Below are positions 1-12,803 of a stretch of 64,000 nucleotides of DNA, piece after piece. The first letter of the stretch is position 1. The number at the start of each line of letters is the position of its first letter. The translations under genes were made by a program, and so were the position numbers. The stretch is from Octopus vulgaris (lineage: Eukaryota): assembly GCA_951406725.2 (NCBI GenBank), contig OX597814.1, positions 124,310,001-124,374,000 of the forward strand, read 5' to 3'. A model generated the notes under the pieces. That model worked only from the letters and a program-made list of their open reading frames with translations, was not told the origin of the DNA and did no database searches.

Positions 1-328
1 AGGTAATGCAGTACGATCGTTTCATGCAACTCCATTTAATTGAACAATGCAATCATTACATCAATTCAAAATGTAGAGCAATCTTCAGCTGCACAAAGGC
101 ATATAATTTAATTAAATTAGAACAGATGAACACATTAGTATATTTATACCTAAAATCGCCAAGAAGTTAGGGAGATAGACAAAGAACATACTGTTTCTAC
201 TTCAGCATAAAAGTTGCTAAAATTATGAAGAAGACTCTGCCTGCCACTGATTTTTTGTTTTTATGGGGTCAGTTTTAATTTATAGACTAGTTTATCAAAT
301 CCCTTGTATATCTAAGGCTGAGAGAACA

Positions 329-566
329 GAGGGCAGTATGAAATACAGAAGGAAGTAAGAGAATGATAATAGAACTGAGATATGTAAAGATATTGTAGTT
401 GCAGTTCCATTATTCAAGTAGAAGTGTGTATATATGTGGTACAGGAAACTTCTTCACCACTTATATACACCATTCTACTTGTATAATGGAACTGCAAATA
501 CAATATACCTATGTATCTCACTTTTATTTTTATTCTTTTACTTCCCTCTATATTTCATATCTTCTC
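329..566. repeat. Imperfect long inverted repeat (about 105-bp arms, 15-nt loop)
   Basis: The left arm ...ttgcagttccattattcaagtagaagtgtgtatatatgtggt is near reverse-complementary to accacttatatacaccattctacttgtataatggaactgcaa... Confidence 0.85.
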
Positions 567-581
567 CACAATAATTAATAC

Positions 582-707
582 TCAAACATTTTCTCGCACC
601 GTCTCGAGGAAGGGATATATAAAATATCCTGGAAACAGCTGTAAGACTTTTTCTTGATAAATGTTATGAAAACTACTTACAGCCTTATATTTTTTATCCC
701 ATTCTGT

Positions 708-710
<3 letters not shown>
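582..710 (+). mobile_element. Penelope-type terminal fragment with a degenerate type I hammerhead
   Basis: gtct-c(-)gagga-ag-ggatat/atatcc-tg-gaaa-cagctg-ta-agac at 601-647, running into (TA)n. The same 3' end recurs in the palindrome at 56806-56911. Confidence 0.6.
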
Positions 711-770
<60 letters not shown>

Positions 771-780
771 CATGCATATA

Positions 781-1286
781 TGGGTACAAGGCGACACCAA
801 GAGTGCAGATAGCATGAAATACGTAAACAACATGAAAAAATGGAAAATAGGACAAGTAAACACAGACCAAGAACCTTTCATCAGTTGTCGGCTGTCTATC
901 TACTCTTCATTTCGAGTATGATTCTTCAAAGACAGTTGCTCCCATAAATTCTAAAATAAGGAATATGGAAGGTCAAAGAAGTGAACAAAAACATGACAGT
1001 GGAGACATACAAGGAAACCGAACGAAAACAAACATGGAGGGTCGTTAGACCAGAACGAGAGAAAAATATTGAACGCTGGGACAAACATAGTCGTTGATTA
1101 TTGAAAAGCTTGCAAGACGCAACGAAAATTTTAGGAAAAATAAATAAGTAAAGGAATGAAAATTTTACCGGAGAGTGTGTTAAATAATAAGGCACTAAAA
1201 GAGAATGACTCTCTACAGACACAACAAAATATGATCCAACACACGAACTCACATAAAGAATCTTGCAAACCAAATCCCAAAACAAA

Positions 1287-1287
<1 letters not shown>
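781..1287. mobile_element. Interspersed repeat between TA tracts, probably Penelope-derived
   Basis: 1095-1287 is homologous to 16373-16737. It carries a hammerhead-like core on the minus strand at 874-961. Confidence 0.6.
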
Positions 1288-1346
<59 letters not shown>

Positions 1347-2454
1347 ATATATATATATATTCACAAATACACTCACACATATGTATATGAAACATATTGT
1401 TTACTTTTTGGTAATGAATCTAATTCGTTTCCGACTCTCATTTGTCACAACAAAAGTTCGTTGCCACATCAATTAAATTATACGTATTGTGGAACAATTC
1501 ATTTCAAGACGTCAGCCTAAACTGAACGTATACACCCAATGCCCCCTCTGAAACATTAATAAACAAATAATCATTATTTGTTTATAATAAACGTCAATAA
1601 ACAAATAACCTATTAAAAAATAGTACAATAAGATAATAATTAACCCAAATAAATGAAGAGAAACAAAATAGAAATTAATAAATTAAAAAAAAATATCATT
1701 CACACCTGATTTGAAGTAGCTCTCTCTTATGAAGATATAAAAGCTGACGGACATTAAAATATAACATTATTGATGTTATTACATGATAAATAACATAAAT
1801 AATTTGTAAAACGAACGAATGATTAATTAAATTAGCAAAAATGTAAATTAAAAATTTAAAGTATTTAAAAAAATAAACTAACTATAGAAAAATTTCATAA
1901 TTTTACACCTGAGTTTGGCTGGGTTGTATTTGGAAGAACGGTAGAATAGCGGTAGAGGAGGAAATTATTGAAGAAGAGAAGAGATCTTTTAAGAGAACGC
2001 ATTTGTTCTGTTGTAGAATCATCAAATTCTTCTATTATTGGAAAAGAAACAGAAATAAAAGCGTCTTGGATTCATTTTAAAAAGGAAGTATTTAGGTTGG
2101 ATTGTTGCAGTTTATTCTTCTGAACTGTTCAAAAGTATTGTAATACTTCATTATAAAAATAGTAAGCACTTATTTCAACATTATCTAAGAAAGACAGATA
2201 CATTATTTTAGTGCTTGTTAGCTTACGCCGGAGACCAAAAAATGGGACGGGGGAGAATCAGTGTTCCACTTTTTTCCTGATACGGCTCCTTATCTTATTT
2301 TGTTTCTTTTTAGAATTCAGTCGTTGTTCCAACGATTTAACCTCTTTCTGCTCAAGCTTATTCAGGTTGTCAATGGTCAAGTTCTCTTTTCTGCTTCCCA
2401 AATATTTTTGAGTAATAATATTTTACACCCGACGTGTACACTCACGCCATAACC

Positions 2455-3260
2455 GTAGCACTGAGCATCAACGCAGTCTATTGTGGACCAACAACCGGAT
2501 TAGTACTTCCCACCTTGAAGGATATGCATTTGTAATCCAGGAACAGGAAATATCAGCCAAATGCACAAAAGGGACAGAGATGCAGGAAAAGCAGTAAAAT
2601 GTGACAACCGATGCAGACTTTGTAGTTATCACTGAAGATATCACCCGCATCATAAGTAGTCATCCGATAACGTCATCACGGTTTTATCTACTGATGAGAC
2701 TTGATGTAGCTAGAACAATGTATAACGAGATCCGTCGAAAGGATAACCCTGAGGACAAAGAAATAAGAACCCATAGTATGGTGGATGTCATAACCACTAA
2801 TAATAAAAAGGAATATTGGTGGAATGTTCCAGTGAAGACCTCGATAAAATGTAAGCACAACAGACTTGATATAATGATTTGAGATAGAGAAGAGAAACTG
2901 TGTACAGTTGTGGAAATCAGCTGCCCAGCGGGTGTTAAAATAAAGCTAAAGATGAGTAAAAAAGAGAATATCTACGCTGAACTATTCAGAAATTTGTACT
3001 TACTCTATTCAGATTAAAAGTTCAGGTTTATATCTGTAATTATTGGAGCTCTGGGATATGTAATATACTGCCTAAATACAAATCTTGAGAAATTAGGGTT
3101 CTCAAGACTAGAAAGAAGAAAGATATATTAACCTAAATCCCATCAGTATATAGTATTTATCATGTGAGTCAATGCCATCACTGGAACTGTAAAAATCTGT
3201 AACACTTTCCAGAAATTTATCATTTAAGTATATATGAGCAAGTCTAGATATGCAACTTTA
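2455..3260 (+). mobile_element. R4/Dong-like non-LTR retrotransposon 3' fragment (CCHC finger plus RLE endonuclease), decayed
   Basis: CDNRCRLC, EDITRIISS, WWNVPVKTSIKCKHNRLDIMI, VEISCPA and IIGALG motifs with stops and frameshifts. Confidence 0.85.
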
Positions 3261-3273
3261 CGCATGAGAGTAC

Positions 3274-3497
3274 TCTCTTTTACTCTTTACTCTCTTACTT
3301 GTTTCAGTCATGTGACTGTGGCCATGCTGGAGCACCGCCTTTAATCGAGGAAATCGACCCCAGGACTTATTCTTTGTAAGCCTAGTACTTATTCTATCGG
3401 TCTGTTTTGCCGAACCGCTAAGTTACAGGGAGGTAAACACACCAGCATCGGTTGTCAAGCGATGTTGGGGGGGACAAACACAGACACACAAACATAT

Positions 3498-3533
<36 letters not shown>

Positions 3534-3698
3534 ATATATACGACGGGCTTCTTTCAGTTTCCGTCTACCAAATCCACTCACAAAGCTTTGGTCGGCCCGA
3601 GGCTATAGTAGAAAACACTTGCCCAAGGTGCCACGCAGTAGGACTGAACCCAGAACCATGTGGTTGGTAAGCAAGCTACTTACCACACAGCCACTCCT
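3274..3698 (-). mobile_element. tRNA-derived SINE family A (CORE-like domain, internal microsatellite)
   Basis: Minus-strand head ggagtggctgtgtggtaag...ggttcagtcc and ccttgggcaagtg. Near-identical copies lie at 6372, 53915 and 63565. Confidence 0.92.
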
Positions 3699-3754
3699 TA
3701 AAACAAAACATACAAACATGCACGTATACGTACACATGCATACATACATACATA

Positions 3755-3872
3755 AAATATAAATACCCTGTTGTTGATGTTGAAATTGAAATGAAGGAGC
3801 CTTGGATCTAGCTTAAGAATCGGCTCTTTCTCGAGTGGCAAGATATCTTGAAATACAACTGAATAATGACAA
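3755..3872. repeat. Short interspersed repeat flanked by (CATA)n
   Basis: Reverse-complement homologue at 35764-35875. Confidence 0.7.
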
Positions 3873-3907
<35 letters not shown>

Positions 3908-3930
3908 TATATATGTGGGTGTGTATATAA

Positions 3931-4000
<70 letters not shown>

Positions 4001-4185
4001 CAATAATATATATACACACACATGTAAAATAACGATGGTGACTAGACGCAGTATAAAAGCGAAAAGGAAATTTTCACTAATAATGACTGAGAGTGCGGGT
4101 TAGCGTCTACATTGCTAGAAACAAGAGTCAAAATGCACAGGTCTATGTTCTGACAGGGGAGATAATCGCTCCACAGCGAGCGAGA

Positions 4186-4229
4186 TCATTATATTAGCTA
4201 GCTAGTTTCGCTTAGCTCATCAGTAATGA
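4186..4229 (-). ncRNA. Minimal type I hammerhead ribozyme candidate
   Basis: Minus strand: tcatta CTGATGA gc-taa-gc GAAA ctagctagctaa TA taatga. Stem I is a perfect 6 bp; stem III is palindromic with one mismatch. Confidence 0.75.
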
Positions 4230-5217
4230 CAACTTCGTCACTTGTTAAGCTAAATCCCATCAGTATATAGTATTTACCAAATGAATCAATGCCTGATTCA
4301 GCCAAATGGTACTATATATGTGCGTGCTTGCATGTGTGTGTATGTGTGTATGAGTGTATGTATGTATGTATACCTCTACATCTGCACTTGCACACATGCA
4401 CACATGTATAAATACATGGTATATAAGCCTATCTTGAACTTTTCACAGTTCAATATACCTATACGCACTCCAGTAGAGGTTTACATACACGCATACATGG
4501 ACACTTAGATATACATCATGTATGCATGCACAAAAAGATGCATAAGAATAGAAATAGAAAAGATTGCAGAAAATGTATGATACATAGGTTCAGAGCATGG
4601 ACATTGACTATAAAGTTCAAGATGCGATAGGTAATGGAATAAAATCTCTAACAATTTAACATTGCCTACATTTGTACTCCGACACTGGAACCAGTGTTGA
4701 GAAGAACAATCTTTTTTTGCGTAGGTCTGTGATGGAGTGTAGAATTCTTGGAAGAATGACCAACTATCGAGTGTGAAAAAACACCCTATATTTAAAGTGT
4801 AAAACTAGGAATGTAGCATACCAAATGAAGTGCATGAAAGGTTGTGTAAAGACAGTGCCAAATACATAGAGGAGAAACTACCCGCAGTATAGATGAAAGG
4901 ATTGGGGTGCACAAGCGTGAATAAAGATAAAAGACACAAGTACCCATACTCTACTAACATATCCTGCTGAAACACAATGGTTTAACAGACAAGGTTGAGA
5001 TAAAAGTTGTTCCCATACATCCGAAAGATCCGGTTCAATAGATTGTAGAAGTGTATTCCGAATACAGACACACACATACACGCACATTCATTAAAACGAA
5101 TGAGTAGAGTAACAGTATATCTACTACAGAAATAAAAGAATGAGGATGGAATAATATTAAAATGAAATCAAACATTACACACACACATATCTCAAATACG
5201 CTTACTCACAAATCACA

Positions 5218-5293
<76 letters not shown>

Positions 5294-6205
5294 GCCAAAG
5301 CCTACAATCTATCTACAAATATACACGTTTTATGTCGGTATCAACAAAAATATGAACATATTGAAATTAAAACAAATACAATGAGTACAAAACAATAAAA
5401 TGACAACATATATATAGACGACGTCTGACAACCTACCATATACAAGAAAATTAGTTGGAAAATTTGAAATCATTGAGAAAGCAACAGTAATAGTATGAAA
5501 ATTTCTGACATTCATAATTGAAGTGAACTATAATCAGCGTGGTTGTTTATTGACAATATGACAATGACAGTTTATTAGCTACATCAGTTAATTTCCTCTT
5601 TATATTAAAGTTATTGTTATTGGTCTCTAGACACCTAATTGAAAGCTGACAAACTTGTCATTGATTTTTTGGTGGCTCCTAAATGAATGCTGATGGTGGG
5701 GAATCGAGTTTTGAAGGAGTTTGATGTCAAACTAATGTATAACATTGAAAGTGTTAGTATATAGTATTTACTGCAGTACAGTGAATAATTCTTTTAGGCA
5801 TGCAAGTTTCTTTAAGAGGGCATTCGTTTGAGTTTGTGAAATTACAATACACACACACTCTCACACACACATACACGCACATGCAGGCATGTACGCACAT
5901 GCAGGCATGTACGCACACACACGTACACACATACATACATACTCACACACATACACACACACATACTCACACACACAAGAACACATACATACAAAAGCAA
6001 ACTGTTGGAGACCCTTCCCTTTTTTGCTCATCAATTGTAGAAATGGAACATATCTGCATCATTATTCTTATTAACACAGAGTAAGGCTTTGTACGAGGGT
6101 GGGCTGAAAACTTCATAGGCTGACAATGAGCACGCGCAAATATATACATAGGTATGCATATGCACAAACAGCGTAAATCAGAAAAACTGAAATAAATTTG
6201 GATAT

Positions 6206-6647
6206 CATGAGGGTCGAGTGAAAAGTTCAGAGGTTGACCAAGATATTCTCTCAGAACGTGATCAAATGAAGTTTATTTTTCAATGTAGTTCCCCTTGCGG
6301 TCCACACACGTCTTCCATCGGTGTTGCAGCGCTTGCATGCCATTGGTGGAAAAGTTTTCATCATGTTCCGTTTTTTACTTTTTTTTTTTTTACTTTTTAC
6401 TTGTTTTAGTCATTTGACTGTGGCCATGCTAGAGTACCGCCTTTAGTCGAACAAATCGACCCCAGGACGTATTCTTTGTAAGCCTAGTACTTATTCTATC
6501 GGTCTCTTTTTGCCGAACCGCTAAGTTATGGGGACGTAAACACACCAGCATCAGTTGTTAAGCGATGTTGGGGGGACAAACACACACAAACATATGCACA
6601 CACACACATATATACATATATACATACATACATACATACATACATAG

Positions 6648-6718
<71 letters not shown>

Positions 6719-7892
6719 CGACGGGCTTCTTTCAGTTTCCGTCAACCAAATCCACTCACAAGGCTTTGGTCGGCCCGAGGCTATAGTAGAAGTCACTTGC
6801 CCAAGGTGCCACGCAGAAGGACTGAACCTGGAACCATGTGATTGGTAAGCAAGCTACTTACCACACAGCCACTCCTGTGGATAAAATAGTCGTCAACAGC
6901 AGATATGACGTCATCATTACTGCGATGCTGTTTCCCAGCCAGGTGTTTTTTTATGTTGGGGAGCAGATGATAGTCAAATGGGGCTAAATCTAAAGAATAG
7001 GAAGGCTGATCAACCAGTTTAAAGCCACAGTAACGCACAGCTGCCATTGAAACCAAGGGCTTGTGTGTGCTGGACAATTGTCCTCATAAAACAAAACCCC
7101 TTTTGTCAGCTTCTCTGAACGTTTGATCATGATAGCCTTTCGTTACGGCCTCAGCAATTTAGCATAGTACTCTCCATTGATGGCGTGGCCCTTTTGAAGA
7201 TGATCAATGAACACAATGTCTTTTGCATCTCCAAAACTGAGGCCGTCACCTTCACTGCAGATGAAACAACCTTGGCCTTCTCTGGAGCAGGTGAAGAGGG
7301 CGTTTCCACTGCATGGATAATCTTTTTGTTACTGGCTGAAAGTGATGAAGCCAACACTCATTCTGGATACGGAAACGTTCATGGAAACCAGCTGGATCTG
7401 CCTGAAATAATATTAGAATATTTTCAAATTTCTCACAGAATATACTAATAGCCTTGGCCATTTGAGTTATAGCTTGTTATCCACCCCCACATGGTGACTA
7501 TGATCAGGGTTTTCTTCTGTGGTGGCTGTTGCAGGACGTCCAGTCTTTGGGTCATCTTCAAGACTCTCTGTTCCCCTTCTAAATTCAGCTGCCCACTTAT
7601 GCACAGTTGATAAAGCTGGAGCTTCACCTCCTAACGTACCAATGAATGCCCATGGGGGATAAGCCCTTTTTCTGCAGGTACTTGATAATACCACAATGCC
7701 AAATTGTGTATATTAAGAGAGGCCGCTACTACTTACTTTTGAAGTCTTCTTTGAACAGTGAGATGTCAGTTTACCTGGAAAGAAACTACGCAGTTATTAT
7801 TAAGAAGAGTTAAAATTTATGCATACAATATTTCACAGCTCTAGCATCATTCCTTTATTGTCGGCCAATGAAGTTTTCAGCCCACCCTCGTA
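6206..7892 (-). mobile_element. Mariner transposon, decayed, interrupted by a SINE
   Basis: TIRs (ta)cgagggtgggctgaaaacttca at 7892 and catgagggtcgagtgaaaagttca at 6206. Protein fragments KWAAEFRRGTESLEDDPKTGRP, YSLDLAPFDYHL and HRWKTCVDRKGNYIEK*. Confidence 0.92.
6372..6876 (-). mobile_element. SINE family A inserted in the mariner ORF
   Basis: High identity to 3274-3698. The mariner frame resumes on both sides. Confidence 0.92.
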
Positions 7893-8173
7893 CAAAGCCT
7901 TACTGTGTGTTAAATAAGAATAATGATGCAAATATATTCCATTTCTACAATTGATGAGCGAAAAAGGAAAGGGTCTCCAACAGTTTGCTTTTTTATGTAT
8001 GTATGTATATATGCATGCATACATGCATACATGCATGTATGTATGTATATATGCATGCATACATGCATACATGCATACATGCATGCATAATGTATGTATG
8101 TATGTATGTATGTATGTATGTATGTATGTATGTATGTATGTATGTATGTATGTATGTATGTATATAAGAATGT

Positions 8174-8216
<43 letters not shown>

Positions 8217-9530
8217 AGAAAGAGAAAGAAGGAGAAAGAGACAGGTACAAAGAATATCGATTAACACTGGGGGGTGGTATAGTTTAGATCTATTCAGATT
8301 GGATGATGCTTGTCCGATATTCAGTAGAGCAGATTAAGAAACTTTAATGAAATTTCAGTTAACAATCTCACAATATATATTGCCGGTATGGTGGGAGGTA
8401 TGTTTTTTCAACACTTCAGATAAAAATGGCGAGTTTAACTACATTCATGCCAGACCTACCTTTATGTTTGTTCTTCATGTCTATAAGAAACAGAGTTAAA
8501 TTCCTTTGCTTTTCTGTCTCAGTAACAGAAGCATCTGTTTTCATTGCTAATACTTTCCTCTTCCCTTCAAATTGCTATGCCTTCGCACCCATTCAAGTTT
8601 GTACACATCAAATAGATTACCGATTTTTATCAGTACATCAGGCATATCGGTTTCCAGAAACATCTTAAAGATGTTGCATAACTGTTTATTAAGCAACCAT
8701 CTCACTGTTTTACTTTGGTTTCACCAACATTGCAAATATCCATTTATGTTTAATTAATATCGGTAAATTGTTAAAGCTAATATCCATTTACTCCATTCTT
8801 AAAACCAGCGTGTTAGTAAATCTAAAGATTAATTTCACCAACTCAAAGACTTTAACAAATGGAAACAATATGAGTAAAGATTTAAATGACAGCTGCTGAA
8901 CTTCCAGGATTACTGCTTTTCTCTTTTGGCTTGTCAGATAGTCTAAGTAACGAATCTTCTAAAATTTGATAGCTCTGTTGCCAAAATGGATTTTAGAATT
9001 GATGAGCATATAAAATTCATCAATTTGTTTGCTTCTCATTTTTCTTCTGTGCATTTATCTACAGATCATGTGTTCTCAACCTCTGTGGGGAGGTCACCTC
9101 TTCCAAGTATCTTATAATGCGTCTGCTGTAGATAAAAGTAAGGATTAGGTTAGGTAGAGAATAGGGCAAAGTCAGCGTTATGGAGAGGATACATGGTAGG
9201 TTTTGATAGTGTTAGAGTTTAAAGATATAGTTAGGGGTAGTTGATTTAGTTTAGATAGAGAGAAGGGTGGAGTTAGCGTTATGGAGAGATTATAGGTCAA
9301 GAATAAGGTTAGAATTTAAAGATAGTGATGGAATTGGTGTTAGAGTTAGATAGTATTAAGATAAAGGTTAGGATTAATGACTGAGGTTGTGCTCATGTTT
9401 AGAGTTGGGCCTAAGAGTTGTGTGTGTAAAGAAAATTTATACAAAGGTGTTTGAAGTTCAGGGAAAATATTTCTCAATGTGGAGTACAAGGGTAAAATGT
9501 TAGGGATGAAGAGAGGAGGGAATATAAATG

Positions 9531-10112
9531 TACGAGGGTGAGTCAAACAGTAATGTCATTTTGTTTAGGACGGGTATAATTACCAACATATGAAAATCTA
9601 TGAAAATCTATCATACATCAAAATGAAGCTGGTCCTCAGTGGATCACATCCTTACTTCTCAACATAGTCACCATTTCTCTCAATAGCAATGTTCCACCTT
9701 CGAATAATAGCATGTATCTCTGTCCAGTAAAATTCTGTTGACTGTTCTTTGAGCTACTTCTTCACTACAGTTTTCAATTCCTCGTCACTGGAATGATGTT
9801 TGCCTCTCAAACCCTCTTTCATGGGGCCGAAGAGAGGATAGTCTGAAGGCGCTAAATTATTTCAGTGATGTGGAAATGAAAACTGTAGTGAAGAAGTGGC
9901 TCAAAGAACAGTGATTAGAATTTTACTGGGCAGGGATACATGCTCTCATTCAAAGGTGGAACATTGCTATTGAGAGAAACGGTGACTATGTCGAGAAGTA
10001 GGGATGTGATGCAAAGAGGACGCGCTTCATTTTGACATATGAAATATGTTCCTGTGTTGGTAATTATACCTGTCCTAAATAAAATGGCATTACCTTTTGA
10101 CTCACCCTCGTA
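9531..10112. mobile_element. Foldback mariner MITE made of two transposase 3' ends
   Basis: TA-flanked TIRs tacgagggtgagtcaa / ttgactcaccctcgta. The roughly 260-bp arms encode ...ALIQRWNIAIERNGDYVEK*. Confidence 0.9.
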
Positions 10113-10239
10113 GTTAGATTAAACAGGAGTAGTATATATTTTATGCTTGATACTTATATCGGTATATTTTGTCAGACTGCTAAGTTGTCTCTGTTGTCAA
10201 GCGATGACAGAGACAAACGCAAAAACGATACACAAACAT

Positions 10240-10297
10240 CTGCACACACACACACACACACATACACACGCACATGTATGTATGTATATTTATATAC

Positions 10298-10358
<61 letters not shown>

Positions 10359-10429
10359 TATATATATGTATATATATATATACATACATATATATACTTA
10401 CATATATATGTATGTGTATATATATATGG

Positions 10430-10462
<33 letters not shown>

Positions 10463-10480
10463 CATACATACATATATATG

Positions 10481-10546
<66 letters not shown>

Positions 10547-10560
10547 CATACATATATATG

Positions 10561-10614
<54 letters not shown>

Positions 10615-10631
10615 CATACATACATATATAT

Positions 10632-10718
<87 letters not shown>

Positions 10719-10728
10719 CATATATATG

Positions 10729-10785
<57 letters not shown>
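10240..10785. repeat. Compound (CA)/(TA)/(TATG) microsatellite
   Basis: Direct inspection; it accounts for the YIYI ORFs. Confidence 0.97.
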
Positions 10786-10787
<2 letters not shown>

Positions 10788-11255
10788 TTGCAGTGCGGTT
10801 AAGTAGTTCGCTTCGTGACTGTGCTTTAGGGGTTCACTTTTACAGAACAATACTTTAGGCCAGTGTCGTCTAAGATAGCTTCGGGTCGTCCAAAGTCATA
10901 AACTGATTTGATAGACGTAAATTGAAAGAAGCTAGTCATGTGTGTGTGTGTGTGTATGTGAGTGTGTGAGTCAATGAATATGTATATGTATGCATGTATG
11001 TATGTATGTGCGTGCACGCACACGTGTCTACATCCGTGTGTTTGTTGTTTACATTCTCCGAAAGCCGCTCAGCTGCAGACGAATGTTGTTCATTTGCCAT
11101 GACGCTGCACCTTCAAAGACGTGTGGTATAAGATACCCCTCACTTGAAAAACATGTCAGTATTAGCTACAGAAAGGACATCCTTCTGTAAATGATTTCCA
11201 CAACGATATATTCAGATAACCCATGCAATCATGGAAAAACGGACGTAAAACAAAT
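10786..11255 (+). mobile_element. Old diverged SINE related to family A
   Basis: Degenerate tRNA head and aaattgaaagaagc motif; tail acccatgcaatcatggaaaaacggacgt. Confidence 0.6.
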
Positions 11256-12554
11256 ACATATATGAGTCGGCAAAGGGGCTTCTACCCACTTTGCCATTCA
11301 TGTATACACGAAATAGTAAACAAACTATCTCATAGCACCTTGGAGTTTGAAGAAATAGATGTAGCAAGCTTTGCTTTTTCGAGAGGAGAATAATTCTAAA
11401 ACATTCACACAATCCTGGTATCTTCCCGAACTATAAAAGACGAAATTTGTAGTCGATGCCCTCATGACAGAAATAGCAATCAAAATCTATTCTACTATTT
11501 TTACAAAGTAAGGGCACACTGGATAATATAACGTTAAATACATTATGTTTGAATAAAACATGAAATGAGATCGGCTTGCTTGCCTTCTATCATAAATCTG
11601 CTGGACCATTGTCTGGTATTGCGCCGAACTACTAACAACTGTACAGAGTGAAATCTACGAAGAAACGATAAATTGTTACTTGTTAGTCAATGATGAGGAG
11701 AGAGAAAAAATGTTTACAATATTGAAATGTGATGAAAATGAAACAGCATCACATAGAATAATGTTTGATTCATTTCTATTTAACAGCAGAAGGAATATTA
11801 ATTCCTCAACAGTTATTTTCTTTCGTCAAATTCTGCCTGAAGGAACGCAACAGCATTTGGTGAATGAAATAGCAGGTTTCAGATAGCACTGTCGTCTGCC
11901 GAGAGCTTCTATTAAGCATTAGCTGCGTCCATTGAGATGTATTTATACAGTGAAGAGAGAAATGGTAACTTAAGGTTTCAGCAGCTACTTCTTAGAATGC
12001 CTGAAGGGTATAAGATGTGTAAGTGTGAAAACTGCTTCATACATTTTGTGTAGGTGCGGGACATACCCCATAGCTATTGTATATGTAGTTGGTCGTTAAC
12101 ACATTGAGATAACTTAACAATAAAGAAGTATGTCTATGGTCATTCGACCTTCTGTCATTCTATTCACATCAGGATGCTTTATAGGAAATATTCAATCAAT
12201 CCCAGCACTTAACTGATCATTTATTTTATCGACCCTGGAATGATGAAAGGAAGAAATTAACCTCAGTTAGATTTGAACTCAGAATGTAAACCGTTGTAAT
12301 ATTTACCACGAGACATATTTTCTGATGTTCTGATGTTTCTGATATTTTCTGCTGAAATAGTAGTTAAATCTCCCTCGAATCATACCCAAAACAACTTTTA
12401 AAAAAATTACCTTGTATTACGTGGTTCTAAGTAAATTGAAGACTACTTAATGAAGACTAATCTAGGGCAAAAACACAATAACAGCCACATGGAGGTCGTA
12501 TAGGTGGGATACGTAGTGATAGAGTTAGTATGTACTATTAGGTGTATTACTGAT

Positions 12555-12803
12555 GGTTTCCCGGTTTCCTTGGCGTATAGGTTCCCCACCTGGACGGGAC
12601 GCCGGTCCGTCGCAGGTGAGCTGCAGGTGAGAGAAAGTTGTGGCGAAAGTGTCAGCAGAAGTTCGCTATTACCTTCTACCGGAGCCGCGTAGAGCTTAGT
12701 TAGGTGTTTTGCTCATAAACACACACATCGCCCAGTTCGAGATTCGAACCTGCGATCCCTTGACCGCGAGTCCGCTGCTTTAACCACTAGGTCATGTACC
12801 TCC
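12555..12803 (-). mobile_element. tRNA-derived SINE family C
   Basis: Minus strand ggaggtacatgacctagtggttaa...ggttcgaatc (Pol III A/B boxes). Homologous to 61829-62123 and 58150-58428. Confidence 0.88.

Noticed and set aside
4095-4160. Plus-strand rearranged hammerhead (tagc..gcta-GAAA..ctgacag)
   Set aside because: The stems are too short and the core is mismatched.
8270-9120. Possible decayed LINE coding fragment on the minus strand
   Set aside because: No diagnostic motif could be recovered by eye.
9140-9530. Telomere-like ggttag-rich tract
   Set aside because: Too degenerate; low-complexity G/T-skewed DNA.
10143-10858. Long ORFs of YIYI, MYVC, THTH, poly-N/I/L type here and throughout
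   Set aside because: They are translations of stop-free microsatellites, not genes.
11640-12010. Non-repetitive stretch as a possible exon or conserved element
   Set aside because: No recognisable protein similarity or convincing splice pair; needs alignment data.
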